Assembly: GCA_949286215.1 (NCBI GenBank) | Contig: CASDYX010000001.1 | Span: 8,530-72,529 of the forward strand | Length of the DNA: 64,000 nt | DNA from: an uncultured Pseudomonadota bacterium | GTDB lineage: Bacteria > Pseudomonadota > Alphaproteobacteria > RF32 > CAG-239 | Direction: 5' to 3' | Part shown: one piece after another, positions 31,748 through 41,624 of the stretch | Layout of the letters: the number at the start of each line of letters is the position of its first letter | How positions within the stretch are numbered: the first letter of the stretch is position 1 | The notes under the pieces: model-generated | What the model saw: the letters and a program-made list of their open reading frames with translations, nothing else | What the model was told of the DNA's origin: nothing | Databases searched by the model: none | Program-made: the position numbers and the translations under genes

Positions 31748-32764
31748 ATGAAACCAGAAATTAAAAAAGATTATGAGTTAAGAAAAGTCGGAAACAAAAT
31801 TGTTTTGCGACAAATGAGTATTCCGGACTATGAGATGAAAACAACCCTTGTGGCTGATGAGATTTTAGACGTTAGCGATAATGTGTTTGCTTTGAAGTAT
31901 AATGAAAAATTTTTCTGCTTGTGCAGAGAAGATAAAAAAGGCCATCTTTTGCATACGGTATCCATTGTTGAGAAGTATGAAATTTTGGGCGAACAAATTG
32001 TCTATTCGCAAAACGGAACTTGGCATTTGTGGCAAGAGGATTTTCATGTCAAAATTCTGGGCAAGGCTGAAGATTTGAATAATTTTTTGTTCGTGTTAAA
32101 AGTGTTTGAGGGCAAACTCTGGAGCGGAAAATATATTTTCAGCTATTTTCAAAACGGAAAGCTCTGCCAAAAAGAATGTTCGGATTATGAAAAATTAGCC
32201 TCACAAAGTGCTCAAGGTTTGGAAGCCGATATTATGAAAATTCGGCTGAAAGACGGTTGGCGATTTGTCAGCTGTATGCGACGTTGCAAAATGAGCGAAC
32301 ATTTGGGAATGAAAATTCCGGAAAGCACCTTTGAAACCAAAATTATCTTTACGGAAAGTCCTTGTTTGAAGCTGGTGGAATATGCCAATTTTGTTGAGGA
32401 TTTTCTGAAGAAGAAAGAAAAATTTGGAAATGCATTATCTGAAGATTCTGTTTTGGTGAATGCTTTATGGGACGGAAAAACTCCTGATGCAAAGAGGGTG
32501 TTAGTGCCTTATTTTGAGGGGTGTTTGGTGCAAAATTTGGACTTGAATATCCATGCCGATGTGTGGCGGATGTTTCAAGGTTATAAACACGAGGTTTATC
32601 AAGTGAGTTGTCCGACGCTTGGCTATGAGCAAAAGGCTGATGACGTGTTTATGGATAAATATAACGGGCAGAGTTGCTTGTTTGTTTGTCGAGGCAAAAA
32701 ATCGGATAAATTTGTTTGTGTTAAAGAAGGAATGCGATATCGTCTGGAACTCTTAAAAGACTAA
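31748..32764 (+). CDS. Hypothetical protein (likely start 31748)
   Basis: Long ORF, upstream TTGATT-16-TATAGT, downstream terminator. Confidence 0.65.
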   Translation: MKPEIKKDYELRKVGNKIVLRQMSIPDYEMKTTLVADEILDVSDNVFALKYNEKFFCLCREDKKGHLLHTVSIVEKYEILGEQIVYSQNGTWHLWQEDFHVKILGKAEDLNNFLFVLKVFEGKLWSGKYIFSYFQNGKLCQKECSDYEKLASQSAQGLEADIMKIRLKDGWRFVSCMRRCKMSEHLGMKIPESTFETKIIFTESPCLKLVEYANFVEDFLKKKEKFGNALSEDSVLVNALWDGKTPDAKRVLVPYFEGCLVQNLDLNIHADVWRMFQGYKHEVYQVSCPTLGYEQKADDVFMDKYNGQSCLFVCRGKKSDKFVCVKEGMRYRLELLKD

Positions 32765-32777
32765 ACTCTATTTGCTT

Positions 32778-32810
32778 TAAAGTGCTTCTTTTTGAAAGAA
32801 GCACTTTTTT
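32778..32810 (+). terminator. Intrinsic terminator
   Basis: aaagtgcttcttt/aaagaagcacttt followed by Ts. Confidence 0.8.
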
Positions 32811-32860
32811 GTTGCCAGCCGAAAACTTATCCTTTAAACAAGAGGTAAGGAAGTTGGATT

Positions 32861-33769
32861 ATGAAACATAAAAAAGGCGAAAATATAAACGGTTGGCTGA
32901 TTGTCGATAAACCTCGGGATATCGGCTCAACACAAGTGGTGAATTTGACCCGTAAATGGTTGAATGCCAAAAAGAACGGGCATGCCGGCACGCTTGATCC
33001 ATTTGCAACCGGTGTGCTGCCGATTGCTTTTGGCGAGGCAACAAAGCTTTTACCTTATGTGACAGACGGAAAAAAAGAATATGAATTTATCATTCAATGG
33101 GGCAAAGCGACCAATACCGATGATTCTGAGGGGGAGATTATAGGAGAATCGCAAAAAATTCCGACAAGAGAGGAAATTTTAAGTGTTTTGCCGCAGTTCA
33201 TCGGTAAAATAAAACAGATACCGCCTGCCTATTCCGCCATTAAAATCAACGGAGAACGGGCCTATAATTTGGCCAGAAAAGGTGAAGATGTTGCCATGCC
33301 GGAGCGAGAGGTTGAAATTTATGCTCTGGAACTTTTAGAAGAATTAGAGAATCACCAAGCGCGTTTTCGGGTGGAATGCTCCAAAGGGACTTATGTGCGC
33401 ACACTTGGGCATGATTTAGCTCAAAAACTGGGGACTCTCGGCTATTTGCAGGAGCTAAGACGCACAAAATGCGGTAATTTCGGGCTTGAGTCGAAAATTT
33501 TACTGGAAAATATAAAAAATTTGGTGCATAGTATCCCCCTAAAAGAATTTTTGCTTCCGTTAGAAACATCTCTGCGCGACATCGCGGTGATTGCTGTTTC
33601 GGAAGTTGATGCAAACAAACTTAAACTTGGACAAGGTGTGTCGCCAAAGGCTTATCAAGTGCAAAATTTGATTGGTCATGAGGCTGCCGCTTATTTCGAG
33701 GATAATTTGATTGCGATTGTGCGAATCGAGGAAAAAAGAATTTCTCCGGTTCGAGTGTTTAATCTTTAA
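32861..33769 (+). CDS. truB: tRNA pseudouridine(55) synthase
   Basis: [27 protein letters not shown]. Confidence 0.95.
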   Translation: MKHKKGENINGWLIVDKPRDIGSTQVVNLTRKWLNAKKNGHAGTLDPFATGVLPIAFGEATKLLPYVTDGKKEYEFIIQWGKATNTDDSEGEIIGESQKIPTREEILSVLPQFIGKIKQIPPAYSAIKINGERAYNLARKGEDVAMPEREVEIYALELLEELENHQARFRVECSKGTYVRTLGHDLAQKLGTLGYLQELRRTKCGNFGLESKILLENIKNLVHSIPLKEFLLPLETSLRDIAVIAVSEVDANKLKLGQGVSPKAYQVQNLIGHEAAAYFEDNLIAIVRIEEKRISPVRVFNL

Positions 33770-33789
33770 TATGTATAAAGGATAAATTG

Positions 33790-34059
33790 ATGTCGATTAC
33801 TAATGAAAAAAAACAAGAATTAATTAAAGAATATGGTTTAACCCCAGGTGATACCGGTTCTCCGGAAGTTCAAATCGCTATTTGGACCTACAGAATTAAT
33901 GCTTTGATTGAGCACTTCAATACTCATCAAAAAGATTTACACTCTCGCTTGGGCTTGATGAAGATGGTTAGCCGCCGTCGTCACTTGTTGGATCACCTGA
34001 AATCTAAGAGCGAAAGCAGATATCAGGATTTGATTAAGAGATTAGACCTCCGTAAGTAG
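33790..34059 (+). CDS. rpsO: 30S ribosomal protein S15
   Basis: [19 protein letters not shown]. Confidence 0.95.
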   Translation: MSITNEKKQELIKEYGLTPGDTGSPEVQIAIWTYRINALIEHFNTHQKDLHSRLGLMKMVSRRRHLLDHLKSKSESRYQDLIKRLDLRK

Positions 34060-34362
34060 GATTTTGTTGGATGAGGCAATTAGAGAGTTTTTATCGGAGC
34101 TCAAAATTGTGTGCATTAATGTACAAGGCAATTTGTTTGGATGGTAGAAATTGCTCTATTTGCCTTGCCAAAGTAAATTCCGGCGTTTGGAGAAATCAGC
34201 CTAAAGTAACCTTTGGGTTTGTTGTAGGTTGAGTAAAGTTTGTTGAATGCGGGGCAGGGTGTTCCGCATTCGTTTTAAATCCTGCTTTTGGGCAGGTGGT
34301 CAATTCGGGAAGGCTCGGATTGATTGATGTTTGTAAGAGAATATGAAAGAAAGGAAAGATAT
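34060..34362 (+). promoter_or_regulatory. Structured rpsO-pnp intergenic / pnp leader
   Basis: Successive hairpins, e.g. caaggcaa/ttgccttg, agcctaaag/ctttgggtt, gaatgcgg/ccgcattc, cctgc/gcagg. Confidence 0.55.
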
Positions 34363-36483
34363 ATGATCAATTTTAATGTGGTTCGCAAAGAAATGGAATG
34401 GGGCGGACGCAAATTGGTATTGGAAACGGGTAAGCTGGCTCGTCAAGCGCAAGGGGCTGTCGTTGTTACCTATGGTGAAACCGAAGTTATTGCAACTGTT
34501 TGCGCAGCTAAAGAGGTAAAGGCTGATCAGGATTTCTTTCCTTTGACAGTTAATTATCAAGAAAAATACTATGCTACCGGTAAAGTTCCGGGCGGATTTA
34601 TGAAACGTGAAGGCAAACCAAGTGAACGTGAAGTTTTGCTCTCTCGTTTGATTGATAGACCTATTCGTCCGCTGTTTCCGGATGCTTTCAAAAACGAAGT
34701 TCAAGTTATTTGTACCGTATTGTCTCATGACCAAGTAACCGATTCCGATATTCCGGCGATGATTGCTGCTTCGGCTGCTTTGAGCATTTCCGGTATTCCG
34801 TTCTTAGGGCCTATTGCTTCTGCTAAAATCGGCTATAAAGACGGTCAATATATTTTGAACCCAACAATTGAACAAATTAAAGAATCGGATTTGGAATTGG
34901 TTGTTGCCGGTACCAAAGAAGGTGTTTTGATGGTTGAATCCGAAGCTCAAGAATTGTCTGAAGAAACAATGCTTGGTGCCGTTATGTTTGGTTTTGAAAA
35001 CTTCCAACCGGTTATTAAACTCATTGAAGAATTGAAAGCCGAAGCAGGAAAAGAACCTTGGGAAACTCCGGTATTTCCGCCTGAATTTGATGAACTCTAC
35101 AAAAAATTGGCTGACGGATTTAGCGCTGATTTTGAAGAAGCCTTTAAGGAAACCGATAAGTTAAAACGTGGCGAACTCATTGCTCAAGCTTCTGAAAAAT
35201 TCAAAGCTACTTTGGATCCGGAAAATGAATTTGAACAACGCTATGCTCAAGATGCTATCGAAAAATTGATGCACCATGTTATGAGAGAAAAAGTTTTGAC
35301 TACCGGTCATCGTATTGATGGTCGTGATACCAAAACCGTTCGCCCAATTCAATGCGAAGTTGATGTTTTGCCGATGGCTCATGGTTCTGCCATTTTCACA
35401 CGTGGCGAAACTCAGGCTTTGGTTGTTACCACTTTGGGTACAGGTGAAGATGCTCAAGTAGTTGATGGTTTGATGGATGAGTATAAAGAAGACTTTATGC
35501 TGAACTACAACTTCCCACCGTTCTCAGTTGGTGAATGCGGTAGAATCGGTAGCCCGGGACGTCGCGAAATCGGTCACGGAAAATTGGCTTGGCGTGCAAT
35601 TCATCCGATGTTGCCGAAAAATAAGGATAGTTTCCCTTACACAATTCGCGTGGTTTCTGAAATTATGGAATCTAACGGTTCTTCTTCTATGGCTACCGTT
35701 TGTGGTTCTACCATGTCTTTGATGGCTGCCGGTGTGCCGATGACAAAACCAGTGGCCGGTATTGCTATGGGCTTGATTAAAGAAGATGATGGTCGTGTGG
35801 CTGTTTTGACCGATATTTTGGGTGATGAAGACCACTTGGGCGATATGGACTTTAAGGTTGCCGGTACAAAAGACGGTGTTACCGCTTTGCAAATGGATAT
35901 TAAAATCACCTCCATTACCAAAGAAATTATGGAAAAAGCTTTGGCTCAAGCTCATGAAGGTCGTATCCATATCTTGGGCGAAATGGCTAAGGCTATTGAA
36001 GCTCCTCGTCCGCATGTTTCTGACAAAGCTCCTCGCATTATTGCTATTAAGATTCCGGTCGATAAAATCCGTGAAGTTATCGGTTCCGGTGGTAAGGTTA
36101 TTCGTGAAATTACCGAAAAGACTAACTCTAAAATCGATATTTCCGATGATGGTGTTATTCATATCGCTACCATGAAAAAAGAAGACGGTGATGCCGCTTT
36201 GGATTGGATTATGGGTATTGTGGCTGAACCTGAAGAAGGCAAAATCTATAAAGGTGTTATTACCAAAATTATGGATTTCGGTGCTTTTGTTCGCTTCCTC
36301 GGAACGACCGAAGGTTTGGTTCATATCTCTGAAGTTAAAAATGAGAGAATCGCCTCTGTTTCTGACTTCTATAAAGAGGGTGATACCATTTGGGTTAAAT
36401 GTATCGGCCAAGATAATCGCGGTAAGATTAAACTCTCTGCTAAAAGAGTTAATCAAGAAACCGGTGAAGACTTGGAAAAATAA
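34363..36483 (+). CDS. pnp: Polyribonucleotide nucleotidyltransferase (likely start 34363)
   Basis: [35 protein letters not shown] and S1 domains; SD aaggaaag. Confidence 0.97.
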   Translation: MINFNVVRKEMEWGGRKLVLETGKLARQAQGAVVVTYGETEVIATVCAAKEVKADQDFFPLTVNYQEKYYATGKVPGGFMKREGKPSEREVLLSRLIDRPIRPLFPDAFKNEVQVICTVLSHDQVTDSDIPAMIAASAALSISGIPFLGPIASAKIGYKDGQYILNPTIEQIKESDLELVVAGTKEGVLMVESEAQELSEETMLGAVMFGFENFQPVIKLIEELKAEAGKEPWETPVFPPEFDELYKKLADGFSADFEEAFKETDKLKRGELIAQASEKFKATLDPENEFEQRYAQDAIEKLMHHVMREKVLTTGHRIDGRDTKTVRPIQCEVDVLPMAHGSAIFTRGETQALVVTTLGTGEDAQVVDGLMDEYKEDFMLNYNFPPFSVGECGRIGSPGRREIGHGKLAWRAIHPMLPKNKDSFPYTIRVVSEIMESNGSSSMATVCGSTMSLMAAGVPMTKPVAGIAMGLIKEDDGRVAVLTDILGDEDHLGDMDFKVAGTKDGVTALQMDIKITSITKEIMEKALAQAHEGRIHILGEMAKAIEAPRPHVSDKAPRIIAIKIPVDKIREVIGSGGKVIREITEKTNSKIDISDDGVIHIATMKKEDGDAALDWIMGIVAEPEEGKIYKGVITKIMDFGAFVRFLGTTEGLVHISEVKNERIASVSDFYKEGDTIWVKCIGQDNRGKIKLSAKRVNQETGEDLEK

Positions 36484-36502
36484 TTTAGTCTTACATTTCA
36501 AC

Positions 36503-36533
36503 AAAAAGGGGTGGCTGGGCTGCCCCTTTTTTT
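36503..36533 (+). terminator. Intrinsic terminator after pnp
   Basis: aaaaggggtggc/gctgcccctttt followed by Ts. Confidence 0.8.
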
Positions 36534-36611
36534 GTTTGACTCAAAAAAGAAATTTAAGTATAGCTGAAAATAATAATTTATTATTGTATTACTTAAAAAC
36601 TTTTTTAGCTT

Positions 36612-37139
36612 ATGGATTATGTTTTTTATTGGATTTTTGGAATCCTGATTGCTCTTAATGTGGGTAATTTTTTGTTTGCTCTATTTAAGAAAAAGATTAT
36701 GAGTATCGGTTCTCAAAGAGGATGGGCTTATTATCTGTTATTTAAGCTAACGGCAGATTCAATCTTTTTTGTTGGATATTTTGTATCAACAAATCCTTTT
36801 AGCCGTTTTGAATTGTTCTTCTGGTTGGGCTTGGCAATCGTAAGTCAGATTTTGGCGTTGCTTACTATTCGGATTTTTAGAAAGAAGTTTACAAAGAAAC
36901 TGATGTCAGGCGTTTATTACTTTAAGGTGAATTATATTTGTTATAAACCAGATAGAATTTTTGGGGAATTTGATACTGATTTTTGCAAAAATTCTTTAAG
37001 TGCAGAGCTAGATGTCAGAGATTTTGAAAAGTACCAACAAGGAAGTGTTTTCCCGGTCATTGTCAAATCTTGTTATTACGATGTTTGGGAATGGTTTTAT
37101 GGTGAAGGGGTTGACATAAAGGTTACTCCTTATTCATAA
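36612..37139 (+). CDS. Hypothetical membrane protein (about 3 TM plus beta-rich C-terminal domain)
   Basis: Hydrophobic segments; own promoter-like sequence and terminator. Confidence 0.7.
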   Translation: MDYVFYWIFGILIALNVGNFLFALFKKKIMSIGSQRGWAYYLLFKLTADSIFFVGYFVSTNPFSRFELFFWLGLAIVSQILALLTIRIFRKKFTKKLMSGVYYFKVNYICYKPDRIFGEFDTDFCKNSLSAELDVRDFEKYQQGSVFPVIVKSCYYDVWEWFYGEGVDIKVTPYS

Positions 37140-37149
37140 TTTTTTATAG

Positions 37150-37183
37150 AGGCTTTTATCTAATGTAAGATAAAAGCCTTTTT
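37150..37183 (+). terminator. Intrinsic terminator
   Basis: aggcttttatct/agataaaagcct followed by Ts. Confidence 0.8.
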
Positions 37184-37189
37184 GTTTGT

Positions 37190-37217
37190 TTGACATTTTA
37201 TAATTTTTGTCTATAAT
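37190..37217 (+). promoter_or_regulatory. sigma70-type promoter
   Basis: Exact TTGACA-16 bp-TATAAT. Confidence 0.7.
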
Positions 37218-37269
37218 GGCGCTGATTTATAAGTATTAGGAATATTATTAATTATAAAAATTTAGAGAT

Positions 37270-37803
37270 ATGAATCCAATCGTTATCTTAATTTATTGGG
37301 CGGTGGCTGGTGTCATTGTCTGGTTAGCTAATCAGTTTTGGTTGGCTAAATCTTTGCCAAGAATGCAAGACATTCGAGTGCAGTTTGGTTTGACTTTGGT
37401 TTGGGTGTTGCTTTTTAGCTCCAAAAACTTTATTGGTTGGGTAGCTATTATTGCAGCATTGTGTTATAAGTTTTGGGTTGATTTTCGTTTATGGCATCGG
37501 GCTAAAACCGGCGCAATGTATCCTTGCATTGTCGATAAAATCGATGATGAATTAAGGGGGAGAATCCTGACGCATTTGACGATTATTCCGGTGGTGATTG
37601 TTCAGACTTTGAACGATAAAAAACCTGAAGAAAAGCAAACCTATTGGTGTCGGGTGTTGAAATATTCTGTCCTTTCTACAAGAGTGGAGGTTGAACTCTT
37701 GGAAAAAATGGATTGGGGTGAAAGCGCTCGATATTTTGCTTCAAAGAAAAGGAGAAGCAAAAAACTGAATTTGGCAAATTTCTTTAAATTTTTAAAAAAC
37801 TAA
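37270..37803 (+). CDS. Hypothetical membrane protein (about 3 TM plus possible S1/OB-like domain)
   Basis: N-terminal hydrophobic segments; beta-strand-rich C-terminal half. Confidence 0.7.
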   Translation: MNPIVILIYWAVAGVIVWLANQFWLAKSLPRMQDIRVQFGLTLVWVLLFSSKNFIGWVAIIAALCYKFWVDFRLWHRAKTGAMYPCIVDKIDDELRGRILTHLTIIPVVIVQTLNDKKPEEKQTYWCRVLKYSVLSTRVEVELLEKMDWGESARYFASKKRRSKKLNLANFFKFLKN

Positions 37804-37807
37804 GATT

Positions 37808-38110
37808 ATGGAACTAGTTATTTTAATTGCAGTGTTGGTGTTTATGTTTGCTCTTGTTTATTGGAAAAATGTGAGAGTGGACATTGAGGCTAAAAAAACT
37901 ACTAAACAACAACCTATAGAGGTTGAAGCCAAGTTGGAGTTCTTCTCAGAAGAAGATGGCTGGCATGCCATCTTTAATAAAGACGGGGTTCTTTGCTATG
38001 GGGTTTTTATGAACCTTAGTGAAGGGCAGGTAACAAAAGGAGTTACCATTCCAGCCGTAATTGAAGAAGAACCTACGGCAGACAATGAGCTCTATTTGTT
38101 AAGAGCTTAA
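37808..38110 (+). CDS. Hypothetical single-TM protein
   Basis: N-terminal TM helix; 4 bp after the previous stop. Confidence 0.7.
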   Translation: MELVILIAVLVFMFALVYWKNVRVDIEAKKTTKQQPIEVEAKLEFFSEEDGWHAIFNKDGVLCYGVFMNLSEGQVTKGVTIPAVIEEEPTADNELYLLRA

Positions 38111-38121
38111 GAAAATTTATC

Positions 38122-38150
38122 AAAGAGGAGGTGGAAACATCTCCTCTTTT
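38122..38150 (+). terminator. Intrinsic terminator
   Basis: aaagaggaggtg-gaaa-catctcctcttt. Confidence 0.8.
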
Positions 38151-38262
38151 GGTGTTTAAAAAGCTCTTGAAATATTGAAAATAAAGGTGTAAAAGAGTCC
38201 TACTCGTCGGACACCCCTGGAGGTCTGCGAGAGTTTAATTTTTTTTATAAGGAATAATAAAG

Positions 38263-38553
38263 ATGGCAGATATTACTTTTGACGCTCAATTGCGTGAAAA
38301 AGCAGGTAAGGGGGCAGCTCGTGCATGTCGTCGTGAAGGTCGCGTTCCTGCGGTTATTTACGGTGGTAACAAAGAAGCCCTGTTGATTAGCTTGGATCCG
38401 GTTCAATTGGAAAAAGCTTTGGATATGGTCGGTTTCTATGATGCCGATATCGAAATCAACGTTGATGGCAAAAAACACAAAGTCGTTTGCCAGGATGTTC
38501 AATTCCATCCGGTTAGCGATAAGCCGTTACACGTCGATTTTCTTAGAAAATAA
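38263..38553 (+). CDS. rplY: 50S ribosomal protein L25, single-domain form (96 aa)
   Basis: GKGAARACRREGRVPAVIYG, QFHPV...HVDF; rplY-pth-ychF context. Confidence 0.92.
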   Translation: MADITFDAQLREKAGKGAARACRREGRVPAVIYGGNKEALLISLDPVQLEKALDMVGFYDADIEINVDGKKHKVVCQDVQFHPVSDKPLHVDFLRK

Positions 38554-38556
38554 CGG

Positions 38557-38683
38557 TTAAAGTCTGTATAAAGGTTTACTAATACAGAAATTTTAAGAGG
38601 CGGAAAATTCACGTATCTAGGTGTACGCTAAAATTTTCCGCCCTTTTATTTCTTATTATTAGATGCTTTTTCCAGAACCTTAA
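38557..38683. repeat. RPE-like palindromic element (copy 1)
   Basis: Imperfect ~127-bp inverted repeat (ggcggaaaatt/aattttccgcc, agaaat/atttct, ctaata/tattag) around the core tcacgta-tctaggt-gtacgct. Confidence 0.7.
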
Positions 38684-38720
38684 TGATTATGTTCTGTGAA
38701 AATGAAAGAAAAGGTCAAAG

Positions 38721-39299
38721 ATGTTTTTAATTGTTGGTTTGGGCAATCCCGGAGCTGAATATCAAAATACTCGTCATAATGTTGGGTTTATGGTGGCTGA
38801 TGAAATTCATGAAGAATATCATTTCGGGCCATATAAGGCTAAGTTTGACGGGCTGATTAGTGAAGGGACGATTGAGGGCGAAAAAGTTTATTTGCTTAAG
38901 CCACAGACTTATATGAACTTATCCGGCAACTCAGTGGTTAAGGCTGCACATTTCTATAAAATCTTACCGCAAAATGTGATTGTCATTCATGATGATATGG
39001 ATTTGAAAATTAATCAAATTAAAGCTAAAATCGGTGGTGGTGCCGGTGGGCATAACGGGCTTAAGAGCATTGATGCGCAAATTAGCCCAAATTATAATCG
39101 GGTTCGGTTAGGAATTGGTCATCCCGATAGCAATTTGCCCCATGAGGCGGTAGTTAATCATGTTTTGACAGGTTTTTCTAAGGCTGACAAAGCAATCCTT
39201 GATGAGAATATTCGTTTGGTTACGGAAAATATCGGTGTTGTTTTGAAAGACGGTATTGCCGCTTTTTCTAATAAAATCGGAAATTTACTCAGAAAATAG
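38721..39299 (+). CDS. pth: Peptidyl-tRNA hydrolase
   Basis: GLGNPG, TRHNVGF, KPQTYMNLSG, GGHNGLKS. Confidence 0.95.
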   Translation: MFLIVGLGNPGAEYQNTRHNVGFMVADEIHEEYHFGPYKAKFDGLISEGTIEGEKVYLLKPQTYMNLSGNSVVKAAHFYKILPQNVIVIHDDMDLKINQIKAKIGGGAGGHNGLKSIDAQISPNYNRVRLGIGHPDSNLPHEAVVNHVLTGFSKADKAILDENIRLVTENIGVVLKDGIAAFSNKIGNLLRK

Positions 39300-39375
39300 G
39301 TTCTTTAGTTGACTTTTGTTTCGTATCCTTATAATCCTATTAGCATAAATGTTGCTCTTATTTGTGGAGAAGGAA

Positions 39376-40395
39376 ATGAAACAACAGCCTAAAATTTCTG
39401 TCATCGTACCCGTTTATAATGTTGAACAATATCTTCCACAATGTTTGGATAGTTTGCTTGCCCAAAGTTTTGATAACTTTGAGGCAATTTTTATTAATGA
39501 CGGGTCAAAAGACGGTTCTTTGGAGATTTTGAAAAAATACCAAGCAAAAGATAGCCGTGTTGTCGTGATTGATAAGAAAAATGAAGGTGTGTCCGTTGCC
39601 AGAAATCAGGGATTGAAAAAAGCTCAAGGAGAGTATATCGCTTTTTTGGACGGCGATGATTGTGTTGAACCGAATTTTTTGCAAGATGCTCTGGCTCATA
39701 TTGAAAAAAATAATTCTGATATTTTGATTTTTGAAAGTTATTTACTCGATGGAGATAAAAAATTTGTTTGGGATAATGATACTTTCAAAAATGAAATTCA
39801 AGAATCTTTGGTAAAAGATCCTAAAAATCCTTCGATTTATGCTTTCTTGTCCGTTGTGTGGAATAAGATTTATCGAGCTGATTTTATTAAAAAACATCAT
39901 ATCGAATTTCCGGTCGGTATTAAGACGGCGGAAGATGTTATTTTTAATTTGTTGTGCTATTTTAATAAACCGCATTGTTCTTATGTGGATGAATATTTCT
40001 ACGTTTATCGGATTAATCGTCAAGGGTCGGCAACCGCTAAGCTCGATTGTATTGCCAGCGATATAGAGGCATTCTATTCTTTGGAAAAAATGGATATCTT
40101 TCAAAAACAATCTTTGGAAACAAAACAGTTGGTAATGAATAAATTTATCAGCGGAATTGAGGGATATATTAATAAATTTTCTTTGCAGAATAATAAGCAA
40201 TATATGTCTTTGCGGAAGAAATTTTTGAATGATTTGCGGAAAAGATATGGGGCTGAAGTTATTAATAAATTAGTCCATATTAAAGATTTAACTTTTGCGG
40301 AACGTCTGTTTAGTATTCGCAATTCTTATTGCAAAAAATATAAGATTATTCATTTTTTGGGAATGCGTTTTCAATTGAAAAGAAAGAAAAAATAG
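39376..40395 (+). CDS. Glycosyltransferase family 2 (likely start 39376)
   Basis: ISVIVPVYN, INDGSKD, FLDGDD, AED. Confidence 0.9.
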   Translation: MKQQPKISVIVPVYNVEQYLPQCLDSLLAQSFDNFEAIFINDGSKDGSLEILKKYQAKDSRVVVIDKKNEGVSVARNQGLKKAQGEYIAFLDGDDCVEPNFLQDALAHIEKNNSDILIFESYLLDGDKKFVWDNDTFKNEIQESLVKDPKNPSIYAFLSVVWNKIYRADFIKKHHIEFPVGIKTAEDVIFNLLCYFNKPHCSYVDEYFYVYRINRQGSATAKLDCIASDIEAFYSLEKMDIFQKQSLETKQLVMNKFISGIEGYINKFSLQNNKQYMSLRKKFLNDLRKRYGAEVINKLVHIKDLTFAERLFSIRNSYCKKYKIIHFLGMRFQLKRKKK

Positions 40396-40476
40396 ACTTA
40401 CGCCGTTTTGTTAAGCCTGAATTAAGTGTTTGTCTCTAAAATATGAGTTGGTTTATATGCAAAACAGGAGAGTGCT

Positions 40477-41547
40477 ATGGCTTCTTCTTTGGTGTCGGTA
40501 ATTGTACCGGTTTATAATGATGAACAATTCTTAAAGGATTGTTTGGAATCGATTGTTAAACAAACTTACGAAAAATTAGAAGTTCTTTGTGTGAATTTTG
40601 GCGCCTCGGAAAAATGCGCCGAAATTTTATCTGGTTATGTTCAAAAATATAAGAATATTCAACTCTTTACCTTAAATGAGGGTGGAAAAGCCACAGCCAA
40701 AAATTTAGGCTTAAAAAAAGCTAAAGGTGACTTGGTTTTCTTTTTGGATGCAGATGATAAAATTGATAAGCAATGTATTGAAGAACTGGTGAAAACCCAA
40801 ACGAGAACAAATGCCGATGTGGTTTGTGTGCATGATATCGTGATTTGTGACGGAAAGAAAAAAACGGCAAAAGACCGCATGATTTCTGGTCATTCGGAGG
40901 GAACTTTTCAAATCACTAATGAAATTATTAATCAGATGTGGGTTGTGGCTTGGGGAAAGCTTTTTAAGCTCAAAGCTATCAGAGATTTGGAAATTTCTTT
41001 TCCTGAAGGTTGTTTGTATGAAGATGAGTTCTTTCATTATGCCTTACTGCCGCATTTACGGAAAATTGCCGTGAGTGACGGCGGAACCGTGTTTTATCGT
41101 CAGCATGAAAACTCAGTCGTGGCAAGGCAAAAACTCAAAAGCGGTAAAGATAATTTGCTCATTTTTCAAAAGATTTTTGAATACTATCAGGAAAATGGGT
41201 TCTTGGGAAAAATTGATTTGCCGGTGCGGATTTTAAGTTCCGGTTTTGCGCAAAATGCAAACCATAAGCTCTATTATCAGCAAGTGAAAGATTTGTTGTG
41301 TCATTTAGGGGTTTCTAAAGAGATGGTGAATCATCATGAGCTGGTGGGAAAACTCTTGGAAAGTGATGACTTTTTGAGCTATTGCCGTTGTGCTACCTGT
41401 TATAAGATTAAGCAAAGTTTGCAGAATTTGGGGCAATCGTGGTTTCGCTGTCAAATCGGAAAGAAAACGCATATAGCCTTGTTTGGTTTGACCTTACTCC
41501 ATTTTGCAAAAGGTGAAAAAACGGTTATCTTGGGTTTGAAGTTATAG
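40477..41547 (+). CDS. Glycosyltransferase family 2
   Basis: VSVIVPVYN, FLDADD, YED. Confidence 0.85.
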   Translation: MASSLVSVIVPVYNDEQFLKDCLESIVKQTYEKLEVLCVNFGASEKCAEILSGYVQKYKNIQLFTLNEGGKATAKNLGLKKAKGDLVFFLDADDKIDKQCIEELVKTQTRTNADVVCVHDIVICDGKKKTAKDRMISGHSEGTFQITNEIINQMWVVAWGKLFKLKAIRDLEISFPEGCLYEDEFFHYALLPHLRKIAVSDGGTVFYRQHENSVVARQKLKSGKDNLLIFQKIFEYYQENGFLGKIDLPVRILSSGFAQNANHKLYYQQVKDLLCHLGVSKEMVNHHELVGKLLESDDFLSYCRCATCYKIKQSLQNLGQSWFRCQIGKKTHIALFGLTLLHFAKGEKTVILGLKL

Positions 41548-41624
41548 AATTGGCTTGAAATATCGTCCTCTATCAGATATAAGACTCCTTAAGTTTGAAC
41601 TAAAAATTTAAGGAGTTTTTTGTT

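Noticed and set aside
35524..36504. Long antisense ORFs (326 aa opposite pnp; others opposite infB, hslU, nusA)
   Set aside because: Shadow frames of highly expressed genes with no protein-like motifs.
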